Shown: positions 46,792 through 57,383, numbered from the stretch's first letter. The stretch: DNA of 64,000 bases from Mizugakiibacter sp. (GCA_003233305.1 QILI01000111.1:1322-65321); one strand, 5' to 3'. Program-made: numbers and translations. Notes: generated from the sequence alone by a model not told the origin.

Positions 46792-47967
46792 ATGAGCAAA
46801 CCCTCTTCCACCACTTGTGCGGTACGCGCTGGTATCGAGACGGATACCCAGCACGGTGCCATTGTTCCTCCTCTGCACCTTTCCACCAATTACAGCTTCG
46901 AAGCCCTGGGGTGCAAACGGGCCTACGATTACTCGCGTAGTGGCAATCCGACCCGGGATTTACTGGCCGGAGCCCTGGCAGAACTTGAGGGTGGAGCTGG
47001 GGCGGTGGTGACCGCAAGCGGCATGGCGGCAGTCGCTGTGGCGCTGGAGCTGGTACCGCAGGGCGGCCAGGTGATTGCTTCGCATGATTGTTATGGAGGC
47101 ACCTGGCGATTGCTCGATGCCTGGGCTCGCAAGGGTCGCTTTTCTGTACGTTTTGCCAATCTGTCCGATCCCGCCATTTTGTCTGGATTGGCTGGTGAAA
47201 AGCCGTCGCTGATCTGGGTCGAGACTCCTTCGAACCCGTTGCTACGGATTACCGATATCCGCCATGTGGTGCGGATCGCCCGGCAGCTTGGTGCGCTATG
47301 TGTGGTCGACAACACGTTTCTTTCTCCGGCCTTGCAGCAACCACTGCAATTGGGCGCGGATGTGGTGGTGCATTCGACCACCAAATATATCAATGGTCAC
47401 AGCGATGTGGTGGGGGGTGCGGTGGTGGCCCGTGAGTCCGGGCTGGCTGAGCAACTGCACTGGTGGGCCAACTGCCTTGGACTTACCGGGGCCCCGTTCG
47501 ACAGCTTTCTCACTTTGCGAGGTTTACGCACCCTGGGGCCACGGCTGCGTGCCCATCAGGAGAATGCCCAGGCGGTGGCACAATTGTTGGCCAGCCACCC
47601 TTGGGTGCGCCGGGTGCACTACCCCGGGCTGCCCTCGCATCCTCAATATACGCTGGCTAGCAGCCAGCAGAATGGCCCCGGGGCCATGCTGAGTTTTGAG
47701 ATGGAAGGGGGTGAGGAGAGCATCAAGGCTTTCCTGCACGGCTTGCAGTGGTTTTCATTGGCCGAGTCGCTGGGTGGGGTGGAAAGCCTGGTGGCGCACC
47801 CGGCCACTATGACCCATGCGGCCATGGCTCCGGAAGCCCGTCGTAACGCCGGGATTGCCGATGGCCTGTTGCGACTGTCGGTGGGTATTGAGGATACCGA
47901 TGATCTGCTCCGCGATCTCGCTGCCGGTCTGGTCCGGGCCGAGGCCGCGGCCCGGGTTGCTGCATGA
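46792..47967 (+). CDS. metB: Cystathionine gamma-synthase (Cys/Met PLP family)
   Basis: Collinear with E. coli MetB as recalled: 'YDYSRSGNPTRDLLAGALAELEGGAGAV', 'HDCYGGTWRL', PLP-Lys 'HSTTKYINGHSDVV', 'LAESLGGVESL'. Confidence 0.9.
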   Translation: MSKPSSTTCAVRAGIETDTQHGAIVPPLHLSTNYSFEALGCKRAYDYSRSGNPTRDLLAGALAELEGGAGAVVTASGMAAVAVALELVPQGGQVIASHDCYGGTWRLLDAWARKGRFSVRFANLSDPAILSGLAGEKPSLIWVETPSNPLLRITDIRHVVRIARQLGALCVVDNTFLSPALQQPLQLGADVVVHSTTKYINGHSDVVGGAVVARESGLAEQLHWWANCLGLTGAPFDSFLTLRGLRTLGPRLRAHQENAQAVAQLLASHPWVRRVHYPGLPSHPQYTLASSQQNGPGAMLSFEMEGGEESIKAFLHGLQWFSLAESLGGVESLVAHPATMTHAAMAPEARRNAGIADGLLRLSVGIEDTDDLLRDLAAGLVRAEAAARVAA

Positions 47968-49055
47968 ACGCGGTGCTGGACCGAGCGGCACTTGCTCGAT
48001 GTCAGGCCACCACGCTGAGGGCCGAGTCGTGCGCGCTGGTACTCCTCGGTACGGGGGGAGTGGGTGGCGCCTTCCTTAAGTTACTCAGTACCCCGGCGGC
48101 CAATGCTCTGCGATTGGTCGGGGTGGCCGATTCGAAGCGACAACTGGTTGCAGCTACCGGCCTGAGCCGTGACGGCTTGAGTGAGCGACTGGCTGTCCAG
48201 GGTGTCCAGCGCGACAACTCTGCCTTGCTTGCGGCCCTGGATGCCGCTGCTGCGCCGATCAAGGTTGTTATTGATGCAACGGCCAATATTGATCTGGCCG
48301 CCCAGCATCCTGAGTGGCTGGCCCACGGTATCCATGTGGTCACCGCCAACAAGGCTCTGGCCGGCGGCAACCTGGCTGGCTGGCAGACCCTGCAGGCGGT
48401 CCGGACACCGGACTCTGAATATGGTGATACTGCTACGGTTGGAGCGGGTTTGCCGGTACTTTTCATGGTGCGGCGCTTACGCGCTTGCGGCGACGGTCTG
48501 CTCGGTCTGCAAGGGGTATTTTCAGGTTCGCTGTCCTGGCTGTTCAACCAGTACGACGGCAGTCGGCCGTTTTCGGAACGGCTGCACGAAGCCCGGCGCC
48601 TGGGCTACACCGAACCCGATCCCCGATTGGATCTGTCCGGGGAAGATGTTGCACGCAAGCTGTTGATCCTGGCCCGTACCGCCGGTTGGGCCCTGGACCG
48701 GGATTCGATACAGGTGGAAAACCTGGTACCTGGGCCGTTACGCACTTTGCAGCGTGCAGCGTTTCTGGCCCGGGCAGAACAACTCGACGCACCGTTGGCT
48801 CGTCGGCAGGCCCAGGCCCAGACCCATGGGGCCGTGCTGCGTTATCTGGCCTGTGCCGATGGGCCGTGCCGTGCTCGCGTCGGGTTGGTCGAGGTGCCAG
48901 CCAGTCATCCCGCCGCCCATTTGCAAGGTTCCGATAATCTGTTCATGCTGCGCACCCAGCGTTATTCCAGGCAGCCGTTGGTGATTCAAGGGCCCGGTGC
49001 CGGGCCCGAGGTCACCGCCCAGGCTTTGCTGGGTGATGTGCTGGCGCTGAGTTGA
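47964..49055 (+). CDS. hom: Homoserine dehydrogenase, ThrA/MetL-type module without an aspartokinase domain
   Basis: 'LLGTGGVGGAFLKLL', 'VVTANKA', 'TVGAGLPV', 'GVFSGSLSWLFNQ', 'GYTEPDPRLDLSGEDVARKLLILAR'. ATGA overlap with metB. Confidence 0.85.
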   Translation: MNAVLDRAALARCQATTLRAESCALVLLGTGGVGGAFLKLLSTPAANALRLVGVADSKRQLVAATGLSRDGLSERLAVQGVQRDNSALLAALDAAAAPIKVVIDATANIDLAAQHPEWLAHGIHVVTANKALAGGNLAGWQTLQAVRTPDSEYGDTATVGAGLPVLFMVRRLRACGDGLLGLQGVFSGSLSWLFNQYDGSRPFSERLHEARRLGYTEPDPRLDLSGEDVARKLLILARTAGWALDRDSIQVENLVPGPLRTLQRAAFLARAEQLDAPLARRQAQAQTHGAVLRYLACADGPCRARVGLVEVPASHPAAHLQGSDNLFMLRTQRYSRQPLVIQGPGAGPEVTAQALLGDVLALS

Positions 49056-49097
49056 TTAGACTGCCGTGCAGAGTGGCTCGTACCGACCTGCGGGTTC

Positions 49098-50480
49098 TCA
49101 ACATTCAATAACATTCACAGCCAGGCCGCCGCGTGAAGTTTCCTTGTACTTGTCACGCATGTCCCGGCCGGTTGCTCGCATGGTCTGGATGACCTTGTCC
49201 AGTGATACAAAGTGCCGGCCGTCACCGCGCAGCGCCATACGGCTGGCATTGATGGCCTTGACCGAGCCCATGGCGTTGCGTTCTATGCAGGGAATTTGTA
49301 CCAGGCCGCCGATCGGGTCACAGGTCAGACCAAGGTTGTGTTCCATGCCGATCTCGGCAGCGTTTTCGATCTGCGCAGGACTGCCACCCAGGGCTGCGGT
49401 GAGCCCGGCTGCAGCCATTGAGCAGGCCACCCCCACCTCACCCTGACAGCCGACTTCAGCCCCGGAGATCGAGGCGTTTTCTTTGTATAGAATACCAATC
49501 GCCCCAGCGGTCAGCAGGAAGTCCAGTATCCCTTGCTGGCTGGCCGCGGGAATAAAGCGGTCGTAGTAATGCAGTACGGCTGGGATGATGCCTGCCGCGC
49601 CATTGGTCGGTGCGGTCACCACCCGGCCCCCGGCGGCGTTCTCCTCGTTGACCGCAAGTGCATACAGATTCACCCAGTCGAGGATGGTCAGCGGGTCACA
49701 CAGGCAGGCCTCGGGTCGGGCTCGCAAATTGTCGGCCATGGCCGGCGCCCGGCGTGGCACCTTGAGTCCTCCGGGTAATATGCCGGTCGAGTGCAGACCG
49801 CGGGCTACGCAATCCTGCATGGCTTTCCAGAGTGCTTCCAGCTCGGTATGGATCTGCTCGTCACTACGCCATACCTGCTCGTTTTCGGCCATGATCGCGG
49901 CGATACTTTTGTCCTGCTGTTGGCAATAAGCAAGCAATTCGGAGCAGCTTGAGAACGGATAAGGGACCGGGGTCGTGTCGGCGACAATGCGATCTGCAGC
50001 CGCCTCATCCTGGTTGACGACAAACCCGCCACCGACCGAATAGTAGTCCCGGGTTGCCAGGGTACGTCCGTCGCTATCCAAGGCAGTGAAGCGCATGCCG
50101 TTGGGATGATGGGGGAGTTTCTGCCGCTTGTTAAAAACCAGATCGCGACGTTCTTCGAAATCGATGGCATGCCTGCCGAGCAGGTGAATGTGTCCCTCGC
50201 TACGGATCTTCTCCAGAATCCCCCCGATACGGTCGGGGTCGATTTCATTCGGCCAGTTACCTTCCAGTCCCAGAAGTATCGCTTTGTCGGTACCATGACC
50301 ACGCCCGGTAAGGGCCAAGGAACCGAAGAGTTCGCAATGAATACGGTGTACCTGGTCAAGCTTTCCTGCTTCATCCAGCCAGCGGTTGACGAAACGCGCC
50401 GCGGCACGCATCGGACCGACCGTATGCGAGGATGACGGCCCGATGCCGATCTTGAACAGGTCAAAAATACTGATGGCCAT
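49098..50480 (-). CDS. sdaA: L-serine ammonia-lyase (single-chain Fe-S type)
   Basis: '[25 protein letters not shown]', '[13 protein letters not shown]'. Confidence 0.9.
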   Translation of the reverse strand: MAISIFDLFKIGIGPSSSHTVGPMRAAARFVNRWLDEAGKLDQVHRIHCELFGSLALTGRGHGTDKAILLGLEGNWPNEIDPDRIGGILEKIRSEGHIHLLGRHAIDFEERRDLVFNKRQKLPHHPNGMRFTALDSDGRTLATRDYYSVGGGFVVNQDEAAADRIVADTTPVPYPFSSCSELLAYCQQQDKSIAAIMAENEQVWRSDEQIHTELEALWKAMQDCVARGLHSTGILPGGLKVPRRAPAMADNLRARPEACLCDPLTILDWVNLYALAVNEENAAGGRVVTAPTNGAAGIIPAVLHYYDRFIPAASQQGILDFLLTAGAIGILYKENASISGAEVGCQGEVGVACSMAAAGLTAALGGSPAQIENAAEIGMEHNLGLTCDPIGGLVQIPCIERNAMGSVKAINASRMALRGDGRHFVSLDKVIQTMRATGRDMRDKYKETSRGGLAVNVIEC

Positions 50481-50538
50481 ATATGCTGAAAACCTTGAGC
50501 TTGAACTATTCTACGCCGGACAACATGGGATCCGTTGC

Positions 50539-50772
50539 ATGACATTTACGCTATACCATTTTGAAGGTTGCCATCTGTATGAGCAGGCCGAGGCTCTTCT
50601 GCAGGGGCTCGGCATAGAACATGCCCGTATCGATATCGATATCGGTGACGATGCCGAACTCGACGCACGGTATGGTGAGAGGGTGCCGGTTTTACACGAG
50701 AGCCCCAGCGGTCGGGAGCTGGGTTGGTCTCTTGATCCGCCGGCATTACGACAGTTTGTGCAAGGGCCATGA
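50539..50772 (+). CDS. Glutaredoxin-like small protein (DUF836-like)
   Basis: 77 aa, 'LYHFEGCHLYEQA', 'YGERVPVL'. ATGA overlap with birA. Confidence 0.55.
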   Translation: MTFTLYHFEGCHLYEQAEALLQGLGIEHARIDIDIGDDAELDARYGERVPVLHESPSGRELGWSLDPPALRQFVQGP

Positions 50773-51746
50773 CCGATTGCCGCAAGCTGCTGCAGGCACT
50801 GGCTACCAGGCAACCGGTTTCGGGGGCCAAACTGGCAGCACAACTCGGTATTAGCCGGGCGGCGATCTGGAAGCAGGTTGAAGGGTTGCGTGCCAATGGT
50901 CTTCCGATCGAGGCCCAGTCGGGCCGGGGTTACATGTTGCCCAACGCTTTGGACCTGCTGGAGGTCGACACGATTTGCCAGGCCTTACCCGCTTCGGTAC
51001 GTCAGCGCCTTGGGACGATTGAGGTGCATTGGGTGTTGGATTCGAGTTCCAGCGAGATGCAGCGGCGCATCGAGGGGCTGAAGAATGCCAGCTTTATTTT
51101 TACCGAGCTGCAAACCCATGGCCGTGGCAGACGGGGCCGGGTTTGGCAGGTACCACCAACCTTGGGGCTTACGTTTTCTCTGCTATGGCGTTTCGACAAG
51201 GGTTTTGCAGGGCTGGCCGGCTTGTCGCTGGCGGTGGGGGTGGCGGTGTCGGAAGTATTGGCCCGTTGCGGGGCCCGCGGCATCGGTTTGAAATGGCCCA
51301 ATGACGTACAGTATGCGAGCGCCAAGATGGGGGGCATTCTGGTGGAGTTGAGCGGTGAGTTTCTGGGTCCTTGCCAGGCGGTGATGGGTATCGGTATCAA
51401 CCTGCGGCTGCCTGCTGACATGCGCAAGCAATTGGATCAGCCGGTCTCCGATCTGGCTGAGGCTTGTGTTGGGGAGTTTCCTGCACGCAATACCTTGGCA
51501 GCGGCTCTGGTGACGGCCATGATTCAGGCCATGGACTGCTTTGCCAAGCGCGGCTTCGCCGCGTTTCAGCAGCGTTACACTGCGCTGGATGTGCTGCAAG
51601 GACAGAACTTGAGGGTGTTCCAGAGCGGTCGATTCTATCAGGCTCGAGGTGCCGGTGTGGATCGTCGTGGGGCATTGCGGGTCGTGAATGAAGTAGGCCG
51701 GATCGAGACCCTCGACAGTGCTGAGGTGACGGTGAGGACATCATGA
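50769..51746 (+). CDS. birA: Bifunctional biotin operon repressor / biotin-[acetyl-CoA-carboxylase] ligase
   Basis: N-terminal wHTH 'SGAKLAAQLGISRAAIWKQVEGLR'. Biotin loop 'GRGRRGRVW', 'KWPND'. Confidence 0.9.
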   Translation: MTDCRKLLQALATRQPVSGAKLAAQLGISRAAIWKQVEGLRANGLPIEAQSGRGYMLPNALDLLEVDTICQALPASVRQRLGTIEVHWVLDSSSSEMQRRIEGLKNASFIFTELQTHGRGRRGRVWQVPPTLGLTFSLLWRFDKGFAGLAGLSLAVGVAVSEVLARCGARGIGLKWPNDVQYASAKMGGILVELSGEFLGPCQAVMGIGINLRLPADMRKQLDQPVSDLAEACVGEFPARNTLAAALVTAMIQAMDCFAKRGFAAFQQRYTALDVLQGQNLRVFQSGRFYQARGAGVDRRGALRVVNEVGRIETLDSAEVTVRTS

Positions 51747-52495
51747 GATTATTGCTGGATCTCGGCAATTCGCGGCTGAAGTGGGCACTTTGGGATGGAC
51801 AGGTGTTGAGCGCGCGCGGTGCCGCCGCTTGGGGCCAGGACTCGCTGCGGGATGTCGTGTTGCCACAATGGACAGCTATGTCGGATATCAGCGCTATCTG
51901 GCAGGCTTCCGTGGTGGATGCTTCGCGTGAAGCTCAACTGCGAGAGATTCTTGACGCCCGTTTTGGCTTGACCCCCAAGCCGGTGGTTACACAAGCTGCA
52001 GCTTGTGGTGTGCGCATTGCCTATGCCCACCCTGAACAGTTGGGGGTTGACCGATTTTTGAGCCTGATCGCCGCCTGGGTCGCTGGCCATGCGCCCTGTT
52101 TGCTGGTGACCTGCGGTACGGCGATTACCGTCGATGCATTGGATGCAGCAGGGCGTCATCTTGGCGGTTTGATCGCTCCCGGACCGGATCATATGCGCGA
52201 GATTCTGTTGGCAACAACGGTACAAGTGCGGCCCCGGCAGGAAGGTCAGCTACTGGATCTGGCTGCCAATACCGCCGATGCCGTGACCTCAGGGGTCTGG
52301 CAGGCCGTAGCGGGTTTGGTTGAACACAGTCAGAACTACCTGCAAAGTAGCTGGGGTAACACCCCCAAACTGCTGGTAGCGGGTGGTGGGGGTGAGCGTT
52401 TACGGAGTTTGTTGGGGCCCACGGCAGAGCCGTTTTCCGGAGCGGTGCTGATGGGACTGGCACACTATCTGGCCTGCGCTGAAAGCAGTGCATAG
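51743..52495 (+). CDS. coaX: Type III pantothenate kinase
   Basis: 'MRLLLDLGNSRLKWAL', 'GVDRF', 'CGTAITVDA'. ATGA overlap with birA. Confidence 0.9.
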   Translation: MRLLLDLGNSRLKWALWDGQVLSARGAAAWGQDSLRDVVLPQWTAMSDISAIWQASVVDASREAQLREILDARFGLTPKPVVTQAAACGVRIAYAHPEQLGVDRFLSLIAAWVAGHAPCLLVTCGTAITVDALDAAGRHLGGLIAPGPDHMREILLATTVQVRPRQEGQLLDLAANTADAVTSGVWQAVAGLVEHSQNYLQSSWGNTPKLLVAGGGGERLRSLLGPTAEPFSGAVLMGLAHYLACAESSA

Positions 52496-52500
52496 CGGCA

Positions 52501-53172
52501 ATGCGGTGGGTGAATAACAGTATGTGGGCACGGCTGACCTTCCTGATTCTCCTGATCTTCAATCTGGCGGTAGGCGCATGGTTGCTGTTTGGGCAAGCGC
52601 TACAGCCCCAATTTACTGCCACTGATCCTGGGGTTCCGGAGTTGCGCCTTTTGCGCAGCACCCATCTGCCTGCGGCTGCCATCCAGCCGGCTTCCAAACA
52701 GGGGTCGGGAAGTGAGCGTCAGTGTATGACGCTGGGACCTGTGGATACGCGAACCCGGGCCGGGCAGATCATGCAGGCCCTGCAGTCCAAGGTGCCCACT
52801 ATCCAGTTTCACACTCAACAGGCCCAGGTTTCACGTGGTTGGTGGGTATACCTGCCACCTATGAAACGACGTGAACAGGCCTTAGAAACGGCTCGCACCC
52901 TGGCCTCGAAAGGAGTACATGATTATTACGTGATCAGCGCAGGAGAACGGGAAAATACTATTTCACTAGGCCTGTTCCATGATCCCAATAACGCCCGGCG
53001 CCGCCTGGCAGCCATCACCGCAATGGGTTTCCAGCCACGATTGACGCAGCGTATCGAGCAGGTTCAGCAGTACTACGTGGACTTCGTGATACCAACCCAG
53101 CCTGGATTCGACTGGACCCGCTACGTGTCCGATGCCTCAATCATTCACGCTGTGCGGCATCCATGCCCTTAG
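52501..53172 (+). CDS. SPOR-domain membrane protein
   Basis: N-terminal TM helix. C-terminal 'GWWVYLPPMKRREQALETARTLASKGVHDYYVI...ISLGLFHDPNNARRRL'. Confidence 0.6.
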   Translation: MRWVNNSMWARLTFLILLIFNLAVGAWLLFGQALQPQFTATDPGVPELRLLRSTHLPAAAIQPASKQGSGSERQCMTLGPVDTRTRAGQIMQALQSKVPTIQFHTQQAQVSRGWWVYLPPMKRREQALETARTLASKGVHDYYVISAGERENTISLGLFHDPNNARRRLAAITAMGFQPRLTQRIEQVQQYYVDFVIPTQPGFDWTRYVSDASIIHAVRHPCP

Positions 53173-53261
53173 CCGGGAGGTCACGGATTGCCGGTCCTCG
53201 CAGCCGGTCCTCGCAGCCGGTTCTTGCCAGGCCCGGCAGACTGCTAGAATACGCAACTCAT

Positions 53262-53334
<73 letters not shown>

Positions 53335-53765
53335 TCACCGACCCGGCCAAAATGGGTGCATGCTGCCATACTGTGAGTAGTCCAATTTCGACTTGGATGC
53401 TACCTGTGGCAGACCTCTGGCGAGGAGATGAAGATGGGTGAGCCCTTCGCTGGTATGCCAATTGCGGCGCTCGGTTCTACCCTTGGCTTGCGAAGGGCTT
53501 GACGCTGTCTTCACGGCTGAAGTCGGGTGGGTATCATGGCTTACCACATGCCGATCCGTGATCTGTATGGCCATTGCGTTATGATGGTCAGATAGGCACC
53601 CTCAGCATCCTGCAAACCGTTAGGGCAGGCAGGGAACAATTGCGAGAGTCTGGGTAGGTTCCGGGTACTTTGTGGATTCCAACCTGTTACCCATACAGAA
53701 TCAAGCAATTGCTTCGACTTTTTGAGCCTGAGTGCCGACCGTTTCCCAGCTTGCAAGGTGGCAGC

Positions 53766-54134
53766 ATGGGTGAAGATGACTTCGATTTCGATGCTCGAAT
53801 GATGGAGCTGGCCCGAGCATTTCTTGATGCTCTTCCGGGCAAGTATGAGCAGCTCGTTCAGCAATGGCAGCTTTGGAACAATAGGCAAGATCCTGCTGCG
53901 GTTGAGCAGATACAGTTAATTGCGCATCGTCTTAGCGGTTCGTCGGACAATTACGGATATGCGGCATTGGGCTGTTCAGCTCGGGCACTGGATGCCATGT
54001 TGAGGCATGGGATCCCGCTACAGGGCATTGAAAAGCCGGTTGCTGAATTGCTGGCGGCGATCAACGCAATACTAGGCCGATCTGCGACCCTCCAGGAACC
54101 CTCTGCACTGCACAATCTGCCAGTAAGCGGATGA
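53766..54134 (+). CDS. Stand-alone Hpt (histidine phosphotransfer) domain protein
   Basis: 'IQLIAHRLSGSSDNYGYAALG' resembles the Hpt 'H.lKGs....G' phospho-His helix. Confidence 0.55.
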   Translation: MGEDDFDFDARMMELARAFLDALPGKYEQLVQQWQLWNNRQDPAAVEQIQLIAHRLSGSSDNYGYAALGCSARALDAMLRHGIPLQGIEKPVAELLAAINAILGRSATLQEPSALHNLPVSG

Positions 54135-54360
54135 GCTCGTACTGAGCTGTGGGGGTGAGAATTTGTGGTATTTCGGCCACGGGTACAGGCTTGACGGCTG
54201 GTTGGATAACGTTGGCACCGAAGCTCTGACAGGTACCAGGGTGGTGGCACTTGGGATGGCTTGCAGAGTGATGCTATCGCCCATGTCGGCCGTTTAGCAA
54301 GCCCCCGACCGGATCGGCATGCTGGTGTGAGAAATCGGTAAATAAATAGGAGAAAACAAT

Positions 54361-55281
54361 ATGGCCGTGAAAAAACCGCTTAGTCTGATTGGGGTGCCTA
54401 CTGATATCGGTGCCGCTCATCGGGGGGCCTCAATGGGGCCGGAAGCGTTGCGTGTTGCGGGTCTGACCGAAGCATTGGTCGCACGGGGCATGCAAGTTAC
54501 TGATCGCGGTAACCTCGGCGGCCCGATCAACCCTTGGCAACCGCCACAGGATGGCTATCGACATCTTAAGGAGGTGGTGACCTGGAACCGGACACTGTGT
54601 GCGGCGGTGACAGCCGAATTGGAATGGGGGCGGCTACCCATGGTGTTGGGCGGTGACCATAGCCTGGCGGTGGGTTCAATAGGTGCCGTGGCCAGTTATT
54701 GCCAGGCGCAGGGCAAAACCTTGCGGGTGCTGTGGCTGGATGCCCACGCTGACTTCAATACATCGGCCATGACTCCGTCGGGCAATATACATGGCATGCC
54801 GGTGGCTTGTTTGTGTGGAATTGGACCACAGCCCCTGATCGAGTTGGTAGGTCCTACCCCGATGGTCAAGCCCAACGTATTTCGTCAAATTGGGATTCGT
54901 TCCGTTGATACCGGCGAAAAACGCCTGGTGCATGAAGCCGGACTGACCATTTACGACATGCGTTATATCGACGAAGTGGGTATGAAACGGGTGATGGAAG
55001 AAGCACTTGAGGGCCTGGATGAGCAAACCCATCTGCATGTCAGCTTCGATATTGATTTTCTTGATCCAGTCATTGCTCCGGCGGTGGGTACAACGGTGGC
55101 GGGTGGGCCGAACTACCGCGAAGCACAGTTGTGCATGGAGATGATTGCCGATACGGGATGTTTGGGTTCGCTGGATATTTTCGAGTTGAATCCAGCCTTT
55201 GACGAACATAATCGAACCGCACGACTGGCTGTTGATTTGATGGAAAGCCTATTTGGAAAATCCACCCTGATGCGGATCTGA
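54361..55281 (+). CDS. Arginase (ureohydrolase family)
   Basis: 'GGDHSLAVG', 'LDAHADFN', 'HVSFDIDFLDP', 'ELNPAFD'. Confidence 0.85.
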   Translation: MAVKKPLSLIGVPTDIGAAHRGASMGPEALRVAGLTEALVARGMQVTDRGNLGGPINPWQPPQDGYRHLKEVVTWNRTLCAAVTAELEWGRLPMVLGGDHSLAVGSIGAVASYCQAQGKTLRVLWLDAHADFNTSAMTPSGNIHGMPVACLCGIGPQPLIELVGPTPMVKPNVFRQIGIRSVDTGEKRLVHEAGLTIYDMRYIDEVGMKRVMEEALEGLDEQTHLHVSFDIDFLDPVIAPAVGTTVAGGPNYREAQLCMEMIADTGCLGSLDIFELNPAFDEHNRTARLAVDLMESLFGKSTLMRI

Positions 55282-55364
55282 AGCGCATCAGCAGGCCAGA
55301 GACGCTGGCAGCGCAGAACTGAATCTGCGTTAAGAATTGTTACCAATCAATGAGGGAGGGGGGG

Positions 55365-57257
55365 ATGAGCATGTATCTTGCATGGATGGCATTGGCTGCC
55401 AATAGGGTAGCGCCAGGGCGATTAAGCTCGATGCATGACTCATCCATACCCACACATTTACCTGCCAAGCCTGCGACCATCGCCATGGATGGTCTGTCTG
55501 CGCGTTGGGGCAACGGGGTGCGTAGGCGGCTGGCCTCCTGGTTATGGGTAACGCTGCTGCTTTTGGGTGTGGCCGGCCTTGCGGTAGGTGTATACGTACT
55601 CAGGCATGATCCAGCCATCGGGGCTACATCGTTATGGGTGTGGCTACTAGTGGGTACATGGTGGCTACTGCTGCTGGCAGCGGCCGCCGGTAGCCTGTTG
55701 GCCCGGCGGCGTATGCAACGGGCTGAAGCACTGCTTACCGCACTGGTAGATGATTTGCGTGAGCCTATCAGCGTGGTGGACCTTAAAGGTCGTTTTCTAT
55801 ATGTAAACCGGGTGGCTGCAGCAACCCTTGGTAGTGATGTCAAAACACTTTGTGGGCACTCCCAGCAAGCTTCTCTGGGTGAGGATGACGCCCGCTTGCG
55901 GGAAACAGAGATAGGGGCATTGCTGGTTGAACGGGGCCGCATCCATACGCGTCGGAGAGGCCCGGATGCAGAAGGACGGATGCGTGATTACCTCATCAGT
56001 AAAAGCCTGCTGCATACGCTGGGAGGCTATCCGTTCGCGCTGCTCGAACTGGGCCGTGAAGTTGGCGGAGAGCGGGCCTGGCGCCAATTCCAGGAACAGC
56101 GTGACAGTGAGTGGCGGGCTCTGTTCGAAGATCACCCGATGCCGGCCCTGGTATTGGGTCAGAATGATGGCTCAATGTTGGCGGTCAATCCGGCGGCTGA
56201 ACGTTTTTACGGCTATTCGGCGGAAGATTTGTTGGCCTTGGGGGTGTCGGCCTTGTGTGACGATATCGGTACGGATCCAGCCCTGGCACTGTTACGGAGT
56301 AGCAAACACCGGCACAGTGATGGGCAGATGTTGCCGGTAGAGGTCATCTCCAGTCCTATGCTGTACGCCGATCGTCCGGCTCGCTTGCTAGTAATGCGGT
56401 CTCATGTCGAATTCGACAAAACGCATTCGATATTGGAAAGGCGCTACCGTGATCTGGTGGAGTCCGGCTTATGGATGATGTGGACCCAGGACCGTAAGGG
56501 TTGTCTGCTGGAAGTTAACCAGGCCGCTGCTACGGCATTTGGTCATGAGCTGGAGACTTTGCCGGGGACCTGTCTGGTGGATCTTGTTGATGAGGCGGAC
56601 CGACAGGTGGTCGAGGTGATGATTGGACGTAGCGTCGAACGCAAGCGCGATACCGGGGTGATTGCCGTTCGTGACAGTCATGGCGAGCGCCGCATGTGGC
56701 AGTATCACAGCCTGTTCTACCCGGATGGGAACCCACCACATGCTTTAGTGCTGGCCCAGGACATCACCTTACGTCAGAACTACGAACGGCGGCTGCGTGA
56801 ACGCAGCAATCGTGATCCACTGACGGGGGCCTACAACCGACGCCATCTTGAGGAGTTCACAGCGCGTCTGGCGGCGGATGATGAAATGGGCTGCATCATT
56901 CTCGATGTGGACCACTTCAAGCGTTACAACGACACCCATGGGCACGTTCGGGGTGATGAAATGCTGGTCGAGTTGGCGAGGTTCCTGCGTCGTACCAGTC
57001 GCGCCCACGACAGCGTGGTGCGTTTGGGAGGTGATGAATTTTTACTGCTGCTGCCGGGAGCAAGTGATACCGCGCTGCGGGAAATTTCCAACCGGTTGAT
57101 GCAACACGCCGAGCCGGAACTGGGCTTTCGGGTTTCGACGGGCTGGGCTCAGCGCAAGGGTGACGAGTCATTGGAGCAGACCCTGAATCGGGCCGATCAA
57201 CAGTTACTCGCCTTGCGTGCCAAGGTTCGCGGACAATCTGCAGGACACCATCGATAA
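55365..57257 (+). CDS. Membrane-anchored PAS-PAS-GGDEF diguanylate cyclase
   Basis: GGGAGG RBS before ATG 55365 (or 55371). TM helices and two PAS-like regions. 'DPLTGAYNRRHL', 'RLGGDEFLLLL'. Confidence 0.8.
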   Translation: MSMYLAWMALAANRVAPGRLSSMHDSSIPTHLPAKPATIAMDGLSARWGNGVRRRLASWLWVTLLLLGVAGLAVGVYVLRHDPAIGATSLWVWLLVGTWWLLLLAAAAGSLLARRRMQRAEALLTALVDDLREPISVVDLKGRFLYVNRVAAATLGSDVKTLCGHSQQASLGEDDARLRETEIGALLVERGRIHTRRRGPDAEGRMRDYLISKSLLHTLGGYPFALLELGREVGGERAWRQFQEQRDSEWRALFEDHPMPALVLGQNDGSMLAVNPAAERFYGYSAEDLLALGVSALCDDIGTDPALALLRSSKHRHSDGQMLPVEVISSPMLYADRPARLLVMRSHVEFDKTHSILERRYRDLVESGLWMMWTQDRKGCLLEVNQAAATAFGHELETLPGTCLVDLVDEADRQVVEVMIGRSVERKRDTGVIAVRDSHGERRMWQYHSLFYPDGNPPHALVLAQDITLRQNYERRLRERSNRDPLTGAYNRRHLEEFTARLAADDEMGCIILDVDHFKRYNDTHGHVRGDEMLVELARFLRRTSRAHDSVVRLGGDEFLLLLPGASDTALREISNRLMQHAEPELGFRVSTGWAQRKGDESLEQTLNRADQQLLALRAKVRGQSAGHHR

Positions 57258-57282
57258 GTCGTACTACATATAACAAGGGGCT

Positions 57283-57383
57283 TAACAACGGGGTCAGGTC
57301 TCGTATTGTTGCATTAGTGCTGTTGAATACCCAAACCATGCATTTAGATAAATGCAACAATACGAGACCTGACCCCGTTGTTA
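57283..57383. repeat. Perfect 33-bp inverted repeat with 35-nt loop between convergent genes
   Basis: TAACAACGGGGTCAGGTCTCGTATTGTTGCATT (57283-57315) is the exact reverse complement of 57351-57383. Confidence 0.9.

Noticed and set aside
53335-53765. Genomic island or integrase next to tRNA-Thr.
   Set aside because: No integrase or phage-like ORF follows the tRNA, and no direct repeat of its 3' end was seen in the window. It is kept only as a low-interest note.
54235-54262. TGGCAC...CTTGCA, a possible sigma-54 (-24/-12) promoter upstream of the arginase gene.
   Set aside because: There are 15 nt between the GG and GC elements instead of the required ~10, so it does not fit TGGCAC-N5-TTGC.
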